64,000 nt of DNA, from the NCBI GenBank assembly GCA_963796055.1, contig CAWCKH010000004.1:896001-960000 (forward strand), in the 5' to 3' direction. The DNA is from an uncultured delta proteobacterium. Its GTDB lineage: Bacteria; Myxococcota; Myxococcia; Myxococcales; Myxococcaceae. Within the stretch, counting starts at the first letter, position 1. Every line of letters begins with the position of its first letter. Made by a program: the position numbers and the translations under genes. This document shows, in pieces, positions 20,452 through 29,991 of this stretch. The notes under the pieces were generated by a model. The model was not told the DNA's origin. It worked only from the letters and a program-made list of their open reading frames with translations, and made no database searches.

Positions 20452-20964
20452 TCAGCGGGTGCTGAGCAGCTCGGCGTCGTCGCGCCGGTTCGCGGCGTGC
20501 GACTCGGCATCGTGGCCGGTGGCGACCGGATGCTCCTCGCCGTAGCTGATGGTGTCCACCCTCGAGGCGGACACGCCGAGGTCGACCAGGTACTTCCGCG
20601 CCACCTCGGCCCGTCGCTGCCCGAGCGCCAGGTTGTACTCCACCGTCCCCAGCTCGTCGCAGTTCCCGGCGACGCGGATCCGCGCCGCGTTGTGCGCCTT
20701 CATCGCGCTGCTCAGGACCTGCAGCTTCTGGCGGTCCTGGGCGGTGAGCTGCGCCTGGTCGAACTCGAAGTGGGCGATGGGTCCGGAGAGGATGCGCTGG
20801 ATCTCCGCGGTGTCGTCCGCCTGGTCCTTCTCGGGTGCGGCGGCCACCGGCGGAGCGGCCTCCGCGACCACCGGGGGCGCGGGGGGTGCCTCGGCGGCCT
20901 GCTGGTGTGCGCAGACGGCGAGGGCGAGGGGGGCCAACCACAGCAGGCGGACGGCGGAGCGCAT
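20452..20964 (-). CDS. OmpA/Pal-family peptidoglycan-associated lipoprotein
   Basis: LAVC lipobox-like; [36 protein letters not shown]. Confidence 0.9.
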   Translation of the reverse strand: MRSAVRLLWLAPLALAVCAHQQAAEAPPAPPVVAEAAPPVAAAPEKDQADDTAEIQRILSGPIAHFEFDQAQLTAQDRQKLQVLSSAMKAHNAARIRVAGNCDELGTVEYNLALGQRRAEVARKYLVDLGVSASRVDTISYGEEHPVATGHDAESHAANRRDDAELLSTR

Positions 20965-21120
20965 CGAGAGACCTCCGGGAGAGCGAGCGGGCGAATGAAC
21001 GCCTCCTTCCGTATCGCAATCCCGACACTCGGCGCGCCCCGTCGGCCCCTTGGGCTCCCACGGGTGTTGGTTGCCGGACGGTGTTCCTGCTCGGCGGTTG
21101 CGGTAGGTTCGCGTGCGCGG

Positions 21121-21597
21121 GTGAGAGCCCTCCTCCAGCGCGTTCGACAGGCTTCGGTCACGGTCGACGGCCGCGCCGTGGGCGCCATCGGGCCGGGTCT
21201 GCTGGTCTTCCTGGGGGTGGGCAAGGGCGACGGCGAGGGAGAGGCGCTGGCGCTCGCCGACCGCGTCGCCGGACTCCGCATCTTCGAGGACGCCGCGGGG
21301 AAGATGAACCTCTCGCTGCTGGACACCCACCGGACGGCGCTGGTGGTGAGCCAGTTCACCCTGTACGCCGACACCCGGAAGGGTCGCCGCCCGAGCTTCG
21401 TCGACGCCGCGCCCCCGGACGAGGCGCGCCGGCTCTATGCCCGGGCGTGCGAGGCGCTCCGCGCGCTCGGGGTGCAGGTCGAGGAGGGCGTGTTCGCCGC
21501 ACAGATGCAGGTGGCCCTGGTCAACGACGGACCGGTCACCATCCTGCTGGACCAGCCGGCGGCTCCACCTCGCTCACCTGCCCGCCCTCGCGGGTGA
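21121..21597 (+). CDS. dtd: D-aminoacyl-tRNA deacylase
   Basis: RALLQRV start, SQFTL and NDGPVT motifs. Confidence 0.96.
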   Translation: MRALLQRVRQASVTVDGRAVGAIGPGLLVFLGVGKGDGEGEALALADRVAGLRIFEDAAGKMNLSLLDTHRTALVVSQFTLYADTRKGRRPSFVDAAPPDEARRLYARACEALRALGVQVEEGVFAAQMQVALVNDGPVTILLDQPAAPPRSPARPRG

Positions 21598-22412
21598 CCA
21601 ATGAGGTGAGGCCGTGCCCGGCCGCCGCCGCGCCGCGGATGAGCCGGCTCAGCTCTCCCACCTCGCGCACCCAGCCGTTGGCGGTGGGGCCGAGGCCGCT
21701 GAAGGCCACGCTCAAGGTCGGGGCCTCGGGCAGCTGGCCGGACCAGTACGCGCGCAGCTCCTCCGCCTCGCGCAGGCTCACCGGCCCGAGGCGGGTGCGC
21801 TCGCGCGCCAGGAGATTGGCGAGCTGCTCGTCCAGCCGCCGCGCCCACGCCTGGACCGCGTGGGAGGGGCGGTAGCTCCAGTCGGCGATGGCCAGGTTCT
21901 CGGGCGGGGCGTAGGTGCTCCGGCCCACCGTGACCAGCACCTGGTCCGGCGGGAAGGGCGGGAACGGGTCCCAGATGCCGGCGATCAGCGCCACCGGACC
22001 GCTCCTGATCACCCTCCCCAGCCATTCCTCCCGGAAGCGCTCGGCGGCCCGCGCGTCCGCGTAGGGGTAGCTCGGGATCCTGCACCATCAGCGCCACGTG
22101 CAGCCCCAGCTCGTAGCTGGCCGCGTAGCCGGGGTGCTCGCGCGCCACGTGCCAGCCGTCGGGGCGGCGCTCCCACTCGGAGAAGAGGAGCACGTGCACC
22201 AGTTCCAGCCACTGATCGTCGACCAGCCCGAAGAAGCTGCCGCCCACGGTGCGGTCCAGCACCTGCCCGAGCTGCCAGGCCACCCGCTCGTCGGCGATCC
22301 ACTCCAGCAGCTTCCCCAGCCCGCCCGCGGCGTCGACCACGCCCACCGCGAGGGCGGGGAACGCCACCTCCTCGAGGAACACGTCGTGGACCGGTCGGAT
22401 GACCAGGTTCAC
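21536..22412 (-). CDS. Hypothetical protein coupled to ptsN, split by a +1 frameshift near 22075
   Basis: N-terminal half in ORF 21435-22412, C-terminal half in ORF 21536-22012; joins as ...[17 protein letters not shown]...; GTGA overlap with ptsN stop. Confidence 0.65.
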
Positions 22413-22870
22413 GCGCGCGCGTCTTCCTCGGCGATCAGCGCGTAGATGCGCCCGGCATCCGGGGCCTGGAGGATGGCCTGGCGGAACTCCGGATTGCGGA
22501 ACAGCCGCGAGATGCGCGCCAGCGCCTTGAGGTGGATGCCGGCGGAGTTCTCGGGCGCGACCAGGGCGAAGAACAGCTGGGTGGGCTTGCTGTCGATCGA
22601 CTGGAAGTCGACACCCTCCCGGGCCACTCCGAACGAGGCGTAGAGCCGGGGCAGCCCAGGGAGCTTCCCGTGCGGGATGGCCACGCCCTCGCCGATGCCG
22701 GTGGTGTTCAGCTTCTCGCGCTCGGTGAGCACCTCCAGCACCCGCCCCCCGTTCAGCGGCGGATAGGCCGCGGCGAGAGCGTCCGACAGCTCACGGAGGA
22801 TGTCCTGCTTCATCCGCCCGGTGAGGTCGGGGATCACCGCCTGAGGGCTGAGGAACTCGGTGATCTTCAT
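22409..22870 (-). CDS. ptsN: PTS IIA-like nitrogen regulatory protein
   Basis: REKLNTTGIGEGVAIPHG (phospho-His), HLKALARISR; rpoN/hpf neighbourhood. Confidence 0.93.
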   Translation of the reverse strand: MKITEFLSPQAVIPDLTGRMKQDILRELSDALAAAYPPLNGGRVLEVLTEREKLNTTGIGEGVAIPHGKLPGLPRLYASFGVAREGVDFQSIDSKPTQLFFALVAPENSAGIHLKALARISRLFRNPEFRQAILQAPDAGRIYALIAEEDARA

Positions 22871-22942
22871 GTGCACGAGCGCTGGGCGCGCGTCCGCGCG
22901 AGATAGCCCGTGCCTGCGAACGGTGCAAGGCTGCCCCGGCGC

Positions 22943-23308
22943 TCAGGCCGCGCCGTCCAGAGCCGCCTCCCCCTCCTCGGGCGGGAGCGCGTCCTGCTGG
23001 TGGTGCACCCATGCGCGGCGGTGGTGGTGCTTGGCGCGGTCCCTGTCCCGCCGCAGCTGTTCCTCGAGGCAGTCCACCGCGAGGTCGACCGAGGCGAACA
23101 TGTCCGGGGTGGCCACCTTGGCACGGAGCACCAGCGGCCCGGTGGTGAAGGTCAGGTCGGCGTGGTGGATGTGCCGTTCCAGAGCCATCACCACGTGCGC
23201 CGCACAGGCCCGGTCCAGGTTCTTCGCCAGCCGCTCCAGCCTCTCGCGCGTGTGGTCCTTCAGGGACTCGGACGCCTCGAAGTTGCGGAAGGTGATGGCG
23301 AGGTGCAT
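22943..23308 (-). CDS. hpf: Ribosome hibernation promoting factor (RaiA/HPF), short form
   Basis: ITFRNFEASESLK, DMFASVDLAVDCLEEQLRR; upstream of ptsN. Confidence 0.85.
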   Translation of the reverse strand: MHLAITFRNFEASESLKDHTRERLERLAKNLDRACAAHVVMALERHIHHADLTFTTGPLVLRAKVATPDMFASVDLAVDCLEEQLRRDRDRAKHHHRRAWVHHQQDALPPEEGEAALDGAA

Positions 23309-23415
23309 GGCGCAGGGCCTCCAGTGCCGCTGTTGGGGTGGAACGTCACATGGCCGTCATGATGACAGATCGCTCCGGCCCCGCACGCAACCCCCCGTCT
23401 GGGACCCCATTCCGG

Positions 23416-24105
23416 TCAGTGACTGGCCGGGCTCGCCTGGCTCAGGACGATGCCCTTCGGGTCCACCCACTGCAGGGCGGCCGAGACGGTGAAGCGCGGG
23501 CCCTTGGCGTGGAAGGTGAGGCGGCGGCCGTCCTCGGACACCGCGCCCGGGCCCCAGGCGGTGTACTCGCCGTCCAGCAGGAGCAGGCCCTGCACCACCG
23601 ACCACCGGCCGCGGCTCTCGCCGAACGTGTAGCTGCCGTCGCCGTGGAGCAGCAGCGAGGCGAAGGTGCTCGCCACCGGGGCGCCGTCGATGGCGTAGGC
23701 GGCCATCTGGTAGCGGGCCAGCACCCCGGCCTCGGGATCGGCCGGGAGCGCCTCGAACGGCGACCGCGGGCTCGCCTGGGCCAGGGTGCCGGTCTGGCGC
23801 ACCTCGAGGGCCACCGAGACGCTGTTCACCCCGGTGACCTTGACCTCGTAGAGCGCCCCGGAACCGTCGCGGACCTCACAGGCCGCGCCAGCCACCACCT
23901 GCGACTTCGGCCCGAAGGCGTCCCCGGCCACGCAGCGGATGCCGTACTTCGCCGCCAGCAGCCGGGACTGGACCACCAGGTCGGCCGACGACGGGTCGGC
24001 CAGCGCCTGGGTGCGCAGGTCGATGCCGCGCGAGAGGGGGACGAGCACGGGCGCGGCCTGGACGGCGGCCGGCACGAGGGCGAGGGCGAAGAGCAGGGGG
24101 CGCAT
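23416..24105 (-). CDS. Secreted hypothetical protein
   Basis: MRPLLFALALVPAAVQA signal peptide; strong GC3 codon bias. Confidence 0.7.
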   Translation of the reverse strand: MRPLLFALALVPAAVQAAPVLVPLSRGIDLRTQALADPSSADLVVQSRLLAAKYGIRCVAGDAFGPKSQVVAGAACEVRDGSGALYEVKVTGVNSVSVALEVRQTGTLAQASPRSPFEALPADPEAGVLARYQMAAYAIDGAPVASTFASLLLHGDGSYTFGESRGRWSVVQGLLLLDGEYTAWGPGAVSEDGRRLTFHAKGPRFTVSAALQWVDPKGIVLSQASPASH

Positions 24106-24275
24106 GTCGGCGGAGAGACGCTTGCAGGCCCCGGGCCGTCGCCCCTCAGAGGGAAGGAAAACGGCGCCCCTGGGTGTTTGTCTGCTGGCGGGTGTTGCCG
24201 GACCTGAGCCAGGAGCCAGATTCGGTTGACATCTCCCCGCTGTCCCACCTACGGGGACGCCCGCCTCTTGTCCAA

Positions 24276-26345
24276 ATGACCCCTCGCCTCCTCGCCCCGA
24301 CCCTCCTGGCAGTCCTCGTCTCCGCCCCGGCCGTTCGCGCCGAGGAGGGGATGTGGACCTTCGACAACTTCCCCAGCGCCCGCGTCCAGAAGACGTACGG
24401 CTTCTCGCCCGACCCCGCGTGGCTCGACCACGTCCGGCTGTCGAGCGTGCGGCTGGCACTGGGCTGCTCCGGGAGCTTCGTCTCGCCGGACGGCCTGGTG
24501 ATGACCAACCACCACTGCGCCCGCCGCTGCATCCAGGACCTGTCGACGCCGCAGCAGGACCTGACCGCCAGCGGGTTCTACGCCAGGACCCAGGCCGAGG
24601 AGCGGACCTGTCCGCGGATGGAGATCAACCAGCTCATCGGCATGCAGGACGTGACCGCCCGGGTGCAGGGCGCGACCCGGGGGCTCTCGGGCGAGGCGTT
24701 CAACCGGGCCCAGAAGGCCGAGTTCACGCGCATCGAGAAGGCCTGCCAGACCTCGGAGCAGCTGCGGTGCGAGGTGGTCACGCTGTACCACGGTGGGCAG
24801 TACACGCTGTACATCTACAAGCGCTGGAAGAAGGACGTGCGGCTGGTCTTCGCCCCCGAGGAGTCCATCGCCTTCTTCGGTGGAGACCCGGACAACTTCA
24901 ACTTCCCCCGCTACGACATGGACGTCAGCTTCGTCCGCGTCTACGAGGACGGCAAGCCGCTGCAGACGCCGGACCACTTCCGCTGGAGCGAGGGCGGCCC
25001 GCGCGACGGCGAGCTGACCTTCGTCTCCGGCAACCCGGGGCACACCAGCCGGCTCTTGACGGTGGCGCAGCTCGAATCGCTCCGGGACGAGATGATTCCG
25101 CTCAAGCTCCAGCGCCTGGCCCAGGAGCGTGGCTGGCTGGCGCAGTTCGCCGAGCGCAGCGCCGAGGCGCGCCGGATCAGCCGGGACAGGCTGTTCGGGG
25201 TGGAGAACGCGTACAAGGCCTGGTTCGGCCGCCGGACCGCGCTCCTCGATCCGGTGCTCTTCGGCTCCAAGGTGAAGGAGGAGCAATCGCTCCGGGCTCG
25301 GGTGCCAAAGATTCGGGCGTGGGATGCCATCGCCCGGGCGACGCGGACCGAGGAGAAGCTGGAGCCGGAGACCACCTGGATCCGCTCGGAGAACAAGTAC
25401 TACTCGGAGCTGTTCGGCATCGCGCGCAATCTGGTCTGGGGCGTGGCCGAGCGGCAGAAGCCGGACACCGAGCGCTACCGCGAGTTCACCGACGCCCGGT
25501 TGCCGGCCACCGAGCTGGTCACGTTCAGCAAGGCGCCCATCTACCCCGAGCTGGAGGTGGAGCAGCTCACCCTGGGCCTGACCAAGATGCGCGAGGAGCT
25601 CGGAGCGGACCACCCCTACGTCAAGAAGGTGCTGGGGAAGGACTCGCCCCGGCAGCTCGCCACCCGGGTGGTGCAGGGCACGAAGCTCTACGACGTGGCG
25701 CTGCGTCGGCAGCTGTGGAACGGCGGCCCGGCGGGGATTGCCGCCTCGGACGACCCGATGATCGCCCTGGTCCGACGGCTGGACCCGGACATGCGCGCCG
25801 CACGGAAGGCGTACGAGGTCCAGGTGGAGTCGGTGGTGCGGAAGAACTCCGAGCTCATCGCCAAGGCGCGGTTCCGCCTCGACGGGACCAGCACCTACCC
25901 CGACGCGACCTTCACCGCCCGGCTCTCCTACGGATCGGTGCGCGGCTGGACCCGCGAGGACGGACGGCACATCGCGCCGTTCACCGACTTCGCCGGGGCC
26001 TTCAACCGGGCCACCGGGGAACCGCCGTTCGACCTGCCGCAGTCGTGGCTGAAGGCCAAGGAACGGCTGACGCCCACCACCCCGTTCGACTTCGTGACCA
26101 CCAACGACATCATCGGCGGCAACTCGGGGTCGCCGGTGATCAACCGCAACGCGGAGATCGTCGGCCTGGTGTTCGACGGCAACCTGCCCTCGCTGGGCGG
26201 TGACTACGGGTTCGACATCCGGAACAACCGGACGGTGGCCGTGGACAGCCGGGCGCTGACCGAGGCGCTGCGGGTGGTGTACGGGGCGGACCGGCTGGTC
26301 CAGGAGCTCCAGCCCCCGTCGGCCCACACCGGCGGGCCCCGGTAG
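24276..26345 (+). CDS. S46 family dipeptidyl peptidase
   Basis: AEEGMW after signal peptide, TNHHC, FGGDPDNF, DIIGGNSGSP. Confidence 0.95.
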   Translation: MTPRLLAPTLLAVLVSAPAVRAEEGMWTFDNFPSARVQKTYGFSPDPAWLDHVRLSSVRLALGCSGSFVSPDGLVMTNHHCARRCIQDLSTPQQDLTASGFYARTQAEERTCPRMEINQLIGMQDVTARVQGATRGLSGEAFNRAQKAEFTRIEKACQTSEQLRCEVVTLYHGGQYTLYIYKRWKKDVRLVFAPEESIAFFGGDPDNFNFPRYDMDVSFVRVYEDGKPLQTPDHFRWSEGGPRDGELTFVSGNPGHTSRLLTVAQLESLRDEMIPLKLQRLAQERGWLAQFAERSAEARRISRDRLFGVENAYKAWFGRRTALLDPVLFGSKVKEEQSLRARVPKIRAWDAIARATRTEEKLEPETTWIRSENKYYSELFGIARNLVWGVAERQKPDTERYREFTDARLPATELVTFSKAPIYPELEVEQLTLGLTKMREELGADHPYVKKVLGKDSPRQLATRVVQGTKLYDVALRRQLWNGGPAGIAASDDPMIALVRRLDPDMRAARKAYEVQVESVVRKNSELIAKARFRLDGTSTYPDATFTARLSYGSVRGWTREDGRHIAPFTDFAGAFNRATGEPPFDLPQSWLKAKERLTPTTPFDFVTTNDIIGGNSGSPVINRNAEIVGLVFDGNLPSLGGDYGFDIRNNRTVAVDSRALTEALRVVYGADRLVQELQPPSAHTGGPR

Positions 26346-26386
26346 CAGTCACGACAGCCGGGATGTTACCTGCCCGGCGGCGTGCT

Positions 26387-27883
26387 TCAGTGGAGGAGCG
26401 ACTCGAGCGGCTTGTCGGGCGTGGTCTTCTGCTTGCGGGTCCACTCGATGACCGGGGTCTGGGCGACGACGCCGGTCTCGCCGGGGTTCGGGTCCAGCCG
26501 CTCGAAGGGGAAGTTGTCCCCGCCGAAGTAGAGGTACTCGAACGTGGCCACCGAGTACGTCCCTTCCGGATCCAGCGGCTTGCCCTTCACCGTCCAGCCG
26601 TTCCCGTGCTTCGCCGCGCCGTCGTACACCGCCGCCGGGTTCTCCAGCACCGTGACCAGATCCTTGCCCTTGAGCTTGACCGTCAGCAGCGAGTTGTCGA
26701 ACGGCATGACGGTGTAGACCGCCGCCGGGGTGATGGGCCCGGGGGGAACGCCCCCGCGGAAGCCCTTGCGGTTGAGCACGGTGAGGTCGGTGTTCACCCG
26801 CTCGCGGATGGCGCGCCCGTACCAGGTGAAGAGGGTCTGCGAGTTCGCGTCGATGCCGCTCCGGGTGTAGCCGATCTTCTCGCCCAGCGCCTGGTCGTGC
26901 TTCTTGACCCAGGTCTGCACGCGGGCTGCGAGCTCGGGGTCGGGCGGAGGCGCTCCCGGCGCGCCCACCACGTCCAGCACCTTGGTCTCCAGCCCCACCA
27001 GCCGCTGCCCCGCGGGACGGCTCGGGTCCACCGTGAGCTCGGCGCGCAGGTACTTCTCCCAGCGGCGGCCCGGGGTCACCAGCGGGGTGGTCCCCACCTT
27101 CCGCTCCACCGGCGTGTGGCAGTGGCCGCCGGCCAGGAACGCCAGCTTCCACTCCGGGTGCTTGGCGACGATCGGCTCCAGCACCGTGGGGCACTCGTCG
27201 GCGATGACGATCACCACGTCCGCCCCCGCCTTGCGGACCGCCGGAATGGCCTTCTGGAGCGCCGGCTCGTAGGGCACGACCTCGTTCCCGTAGAAGCGGC
27301 CCGACATCACCGTCTTCGCCACGTTGGCGGCGGAGAGGGCGACCACGCCGATCTTCACGCCCCCGCGGTGGAAGATGGCGAAGGGCTTCACTCCGAGGTC
27401 GTAGTCCTTGTCCGCCTTCTTCGTCGGGGGCCGGATGTTCGCCGAGAGGTAAGGGAAGCCGCCCATGTCCCGCAGCTTGTCGAACTGGTCGCGCCCGAAG
27501 TCGAGCTCGTGGTTCCCCATGCCGCTGGCGGCGTAGCCCATGCGGGCCATGGCCTCGGCCACCGGAGCGCCCTGGAACACCGAGGAGATCGACGGGCCGT
27601 TGAAGTGATCCCCGGTGGAGAGGACCAGCGTCTTGCCGTCCTTGCACGCCGGTGCGCCGTCCTTGCCGACCTTCCCCGGGCAGTGGCCCTCCTTGGTCCA
27701 GTAGCCCAGCGTCTCGGCGGCCCCGCCCCTCGGCGGCTCGACCTCGGTGTTGGGGAGGACGTGACCGTTCTCGTCCCCGGTCACCAGGACGACGACGGTC
27801 TGGGGAGCGGCCGCGGCGGGAGCCAGCGGAGCAGCCAGTGACACTGCAACGACGAGGGCCGGAGCGAGGGCTGGGAGGCGCAT
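26387..27883 (-). CDS. 5'-nucleotidase/UDP-sugar hydrolase family metallophosphoesterase
   Basis: Signal peptide; GD, GNHELD, GGHCH motifs; C-terminal NxGxR-like and MPFDN. Confidence 0.88.
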   Translation of the reverse strand: MRLPALAPALVVAVSLAAPLAPAAAAPQTVVVLVTGDENGHVLPNTEVEPPRGGAAETLGYWTKEGHCPGKVGKDGAPACKDGKTLVLSTGDHFNGPSISSVFQGAPVAEAMARMGYAASGMGNHELDFGRDQFDKLRDMGGFPYLSANIRPPTKKADKDYDLGVKPFAIFHRGGVKIGVVALSAANVAKTVMSGRFYGNEVVPYEPALQKAIPAVRKAGADVVIVIADECPTVLEPIVAKHPEWKLAFLAGGHCHTPVERKVGTTPLVTPGRRWEKYLRAELTVDPSRPAGQRLVGLETKVLDVVGAPGAPPPDPELAARVQTWVKKHDQALGEKIGYTRSGIDANSQTLFTWYGRAIRERVNTDLTVLNRKGFRGGVPPGPITPAAVYTVMPFDNSLLTVKLKGKDLVTVLENPAAVYDGAAKHGNGWTVKGKPLDPEGTYSVATFEYLYFGGDNFPFERLDPNPGETGVVAQTPVIEWTRKQKTTPDKPLESLLH

Positions 27884-27922
27884 CGGGCCCGGGGGGCTAC
27901 CACATCCCAGGGCGGCCGGGGA

Positions 27923-29437
27923 TCAGTAATAGCGCTTCCGCTTGCTGCTGGGCAGCACGCCCAGCACCTCGCGGTACTTCGCCACCGTGCGCCGGGCGAT
28001 GTCGATGCCCTGCGCGCGGAGCAGCTCGACGATCTTCTGGTCCGAGTAGGGGCTCCGGGCGTCCTCGGCGGCGACGATCAGCTTGATGTGGTTCTTCACT
28101 GCCTCGCTGGCGATGTCGTCGCCGGCCACCCGGGCGATCGAGCTGTTGAAGAAGTACTTCAGCTCGAAGATCCCCTGCGGGGTGTGCACGTACTTGGCGG
28201 TGGTGACCCGGCTCACCGTCGACTCGTGCATCCCGATGTCCTCGGCCACGTCGCGGAGGATGAGCGGCTTGAGGTAGGCGATGCCCTTGTCCAGGAAGTC
28301 CCGCTGGAACTTCACGATGCTCTCGGTGACCTTGTAGATGGTCCGCTGGCGCTGGTGGATGCTGCGGATCAGCCACTGCGCCGAGCGCATCTTGTCCTGG
28401 ATGAACTCCTTGGCCTTGGGGTTCTTTCCCGCGCCGTCGCGCAGCGCCGCCCGGTACATCGCCGAGATGCGGAGCTTGCTGAGGCCGTCGTCGTTCAGCA
28501 CGACGGTGTACTCCTCCCCCAGCTTGTAGACGAAGACGTCCGGGGTGATGTACTGCGCGTCCTCGCCCGACCAGTTGCGGCCCGGCTTGGGGTCCAGCTT
28601 GGCGAGCAGCTTGCTGGCCTCCACCACGTCCTGGAGGTTGATCTTCAGCTCCCGGGCGATGGCCGGCAGGTTCTTCGACTCGAGCAGCTTGAGGTAGCGC
28701 TTGAGGATGATGGACAGCAGCTGCGCCCGGGTGTCCTTGAGCGCGGCGGCCTGGATCAGCAGGCACTCCTGGAGGTCGCGGGCGCCGCAGCCCTTGGGCT
28801 CGAGCTGGTGGATCTTCCGCAGGGTCCGCTCGGCCAGCACGACGGACACGTCGGCCTCGTTGGCCAGCCGGATGAGCGGGTCTCCCTCGACGTCGGCCAG
28901 CTTGAGGTAGCCGTCGTCGTCGAGGTTGTAGAGGATCTGCGAGGCGATCCGCTGCTCGGCGTCGTTGAGCTTGAGGAAGCCCAGCTGCGCCTCGAGGTGC
29001 CGCGCCAGGTCCTCCCGCTCGACCAGGTTGGCCTCGAAGCTGGGGAGGTCCTCGGTGGCGACGTTGTTCTTGTTGGAGGGGGTGGTGGGCTCGTTGAACT
29101 GGTAGCTGTTGAAGTAAGCGTCCCAGTCGATCTCGGGGGAGGCGTCGCCCTTGACCTCCTCGGCGTTCTCGGGCGCCTTGGCCGCCTCCAGCGCCTCCGT
29201 CGTGGGGGTCTCCGCGTTCGCGGCCTCGAGGCTGGCCTCCCCGGGGGCCTTCTCGTCGAGGTTGCCGTCGGCCGTCTCTTCGGGCTGCTCGAGGAGGGGG
29301 TTGGTCTCCATCTCCTCGCGGACCGTCTCGAGGAGCTCCATCCGGGACAGCTGTAGCAGCTTGATCGCTTGCTGCAGCTGGGGAGTCATCACCAGCGTCT
29401 GCGTCAGGCGAAGGCTCTGCTTCAGTTCCATTGCCAT
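27923..29437 (-). CDS. rpoN: RNA polymerase sigma-54 factor
   Basis: MTPQLQQAIKLLQL region I, HESTVSR HTH, RpoN box ARRTVAKYRE. Confidence 0.99.
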   Translation of the reverse strand: MAMELKQSLRLTQTLVMTPQLQQAIKLLQLSRMELLETVREEMETNPLLEQPEETADGNLDEKAPGEASLEAANAETPTTEALEAAKAPENAEEVKGDASPEIDWDAYFNSYQFNEPTTPSNKNNVATEDLPSFEANLVEREDLARHLEAQLGFLKLNDAEQRIASQILYNLDDDGYLKLADVEGDPLIRLANEADVSVVLAERTLRKIHQLEPKGCGARDLQECLLIQAAALKDTRAQLLSIILKRYLKLLESKNLPAIARELKINLQDVVEASKLLAKLDPKPGRNWSGEDAQYITPDVFVYKLGEEYTVVLNDDGLSKLRISAMYRAALRDGAGKNPKAKEFIQDKMRSAQWLIRSIHQRQRTIYKVTESIVKFQRDFLDKGIAYLKPLILRDVAEDIGMHESTVSRVTTAKYVHTPQGIFELKYFFNSSIARVAGDDIASEAVKNHIKLIVAAEDARSPYSDQKIVELLRAQGIDIARRTVAKYREVLGVLPSSKRKRYY

Positions 29438-29460
29438 GAGAGGCGCGTCCCGGTCTTACA

Positions 29461-29475
29461 TCAAAGACCGTGCCA
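29461..29475 (-). promoter_or_regulatory. Sigma54 -24/-12-like site upstream of rpoN
   Basis: Minus strand TGGCACG-GTCT-TTGA versus consensus TGGCACG-N4-TTGC; about 24 bp upstream of the rpoN start. Confidence 0.6.
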
Positions 29476-29780
29476 AGCTACCAACGTCCACGAAGTGGCG
29501 TCCAGCACCGATGGCTCGGACGGCAGGTTGGTGACAGATTTCCCAGGAATTTTGGGCGATTCTGCGCGCGCTGACTTGACATCACGGGGGGTGTCTGATT
29601 GCGCTGGCGCGTGTCGTGCAAGCGCACACCGAGGGTCCGCTCGGCGCGTCGGATCCGTCCGCAGGGCCATTCGCCTGGAATGCGGCGCGTTTCTGGCATG
29701 CGACCCGGGCGTACATGCGACGGCTGATCCGCCATCTCGCTTGAGCGCGGGCGAGACGGGCGCTGCGGAGGCTTGCTGGA

Positions 29781-29991
29781 GGCTTCTCGGAGCTGCCTGG
29801 CCCCGAGGACGTCGGGGGCTGTGGGCCCGCAGCGTCGGGGCAAGCACGGGGCGGCCTGCGCGACCTTGGACGCTCCGGAGACGAGCCGCGGCGGCTTCTC
29901 GGAGCTGCCTGGCCCTGAGGACGCCGTGGGCTGCGGGGCTCGCACCGCCGGGGCAAGCACGGAGCGGCCTGCGCGACCTCGGACGCTCCGG
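29781..29991. repeat. Imperfect tandem repeat, two ~98-bp copies at 112-bp period
   Basis: GGCTTCTCGGAGCTGCCTGGCCC...GGGGCAAGCACGG.GCGGCCTGCGCGACC..GGACGCTCCGG at 29781-29878 and 29893-29991. Confidence 0.9.

Noticed and set aside
4062..29356. Long antisense and alternate-frame ORFs (e.g. 4062-5636, 6969-9293, 10318-12357, 14877-17102, 24249-26327, 28088-29356)
   Set aside because: Shadow ORFs expected from stop-codon scarcity at high GC; each overlaps a well-supported gene
29781..29991. CRISPR array or repeat-protein gene
   Set aside because: Only two long imperfect copies; overlapping ORFs are Arg/Pro/Ala-rich with no codon bias or motifs
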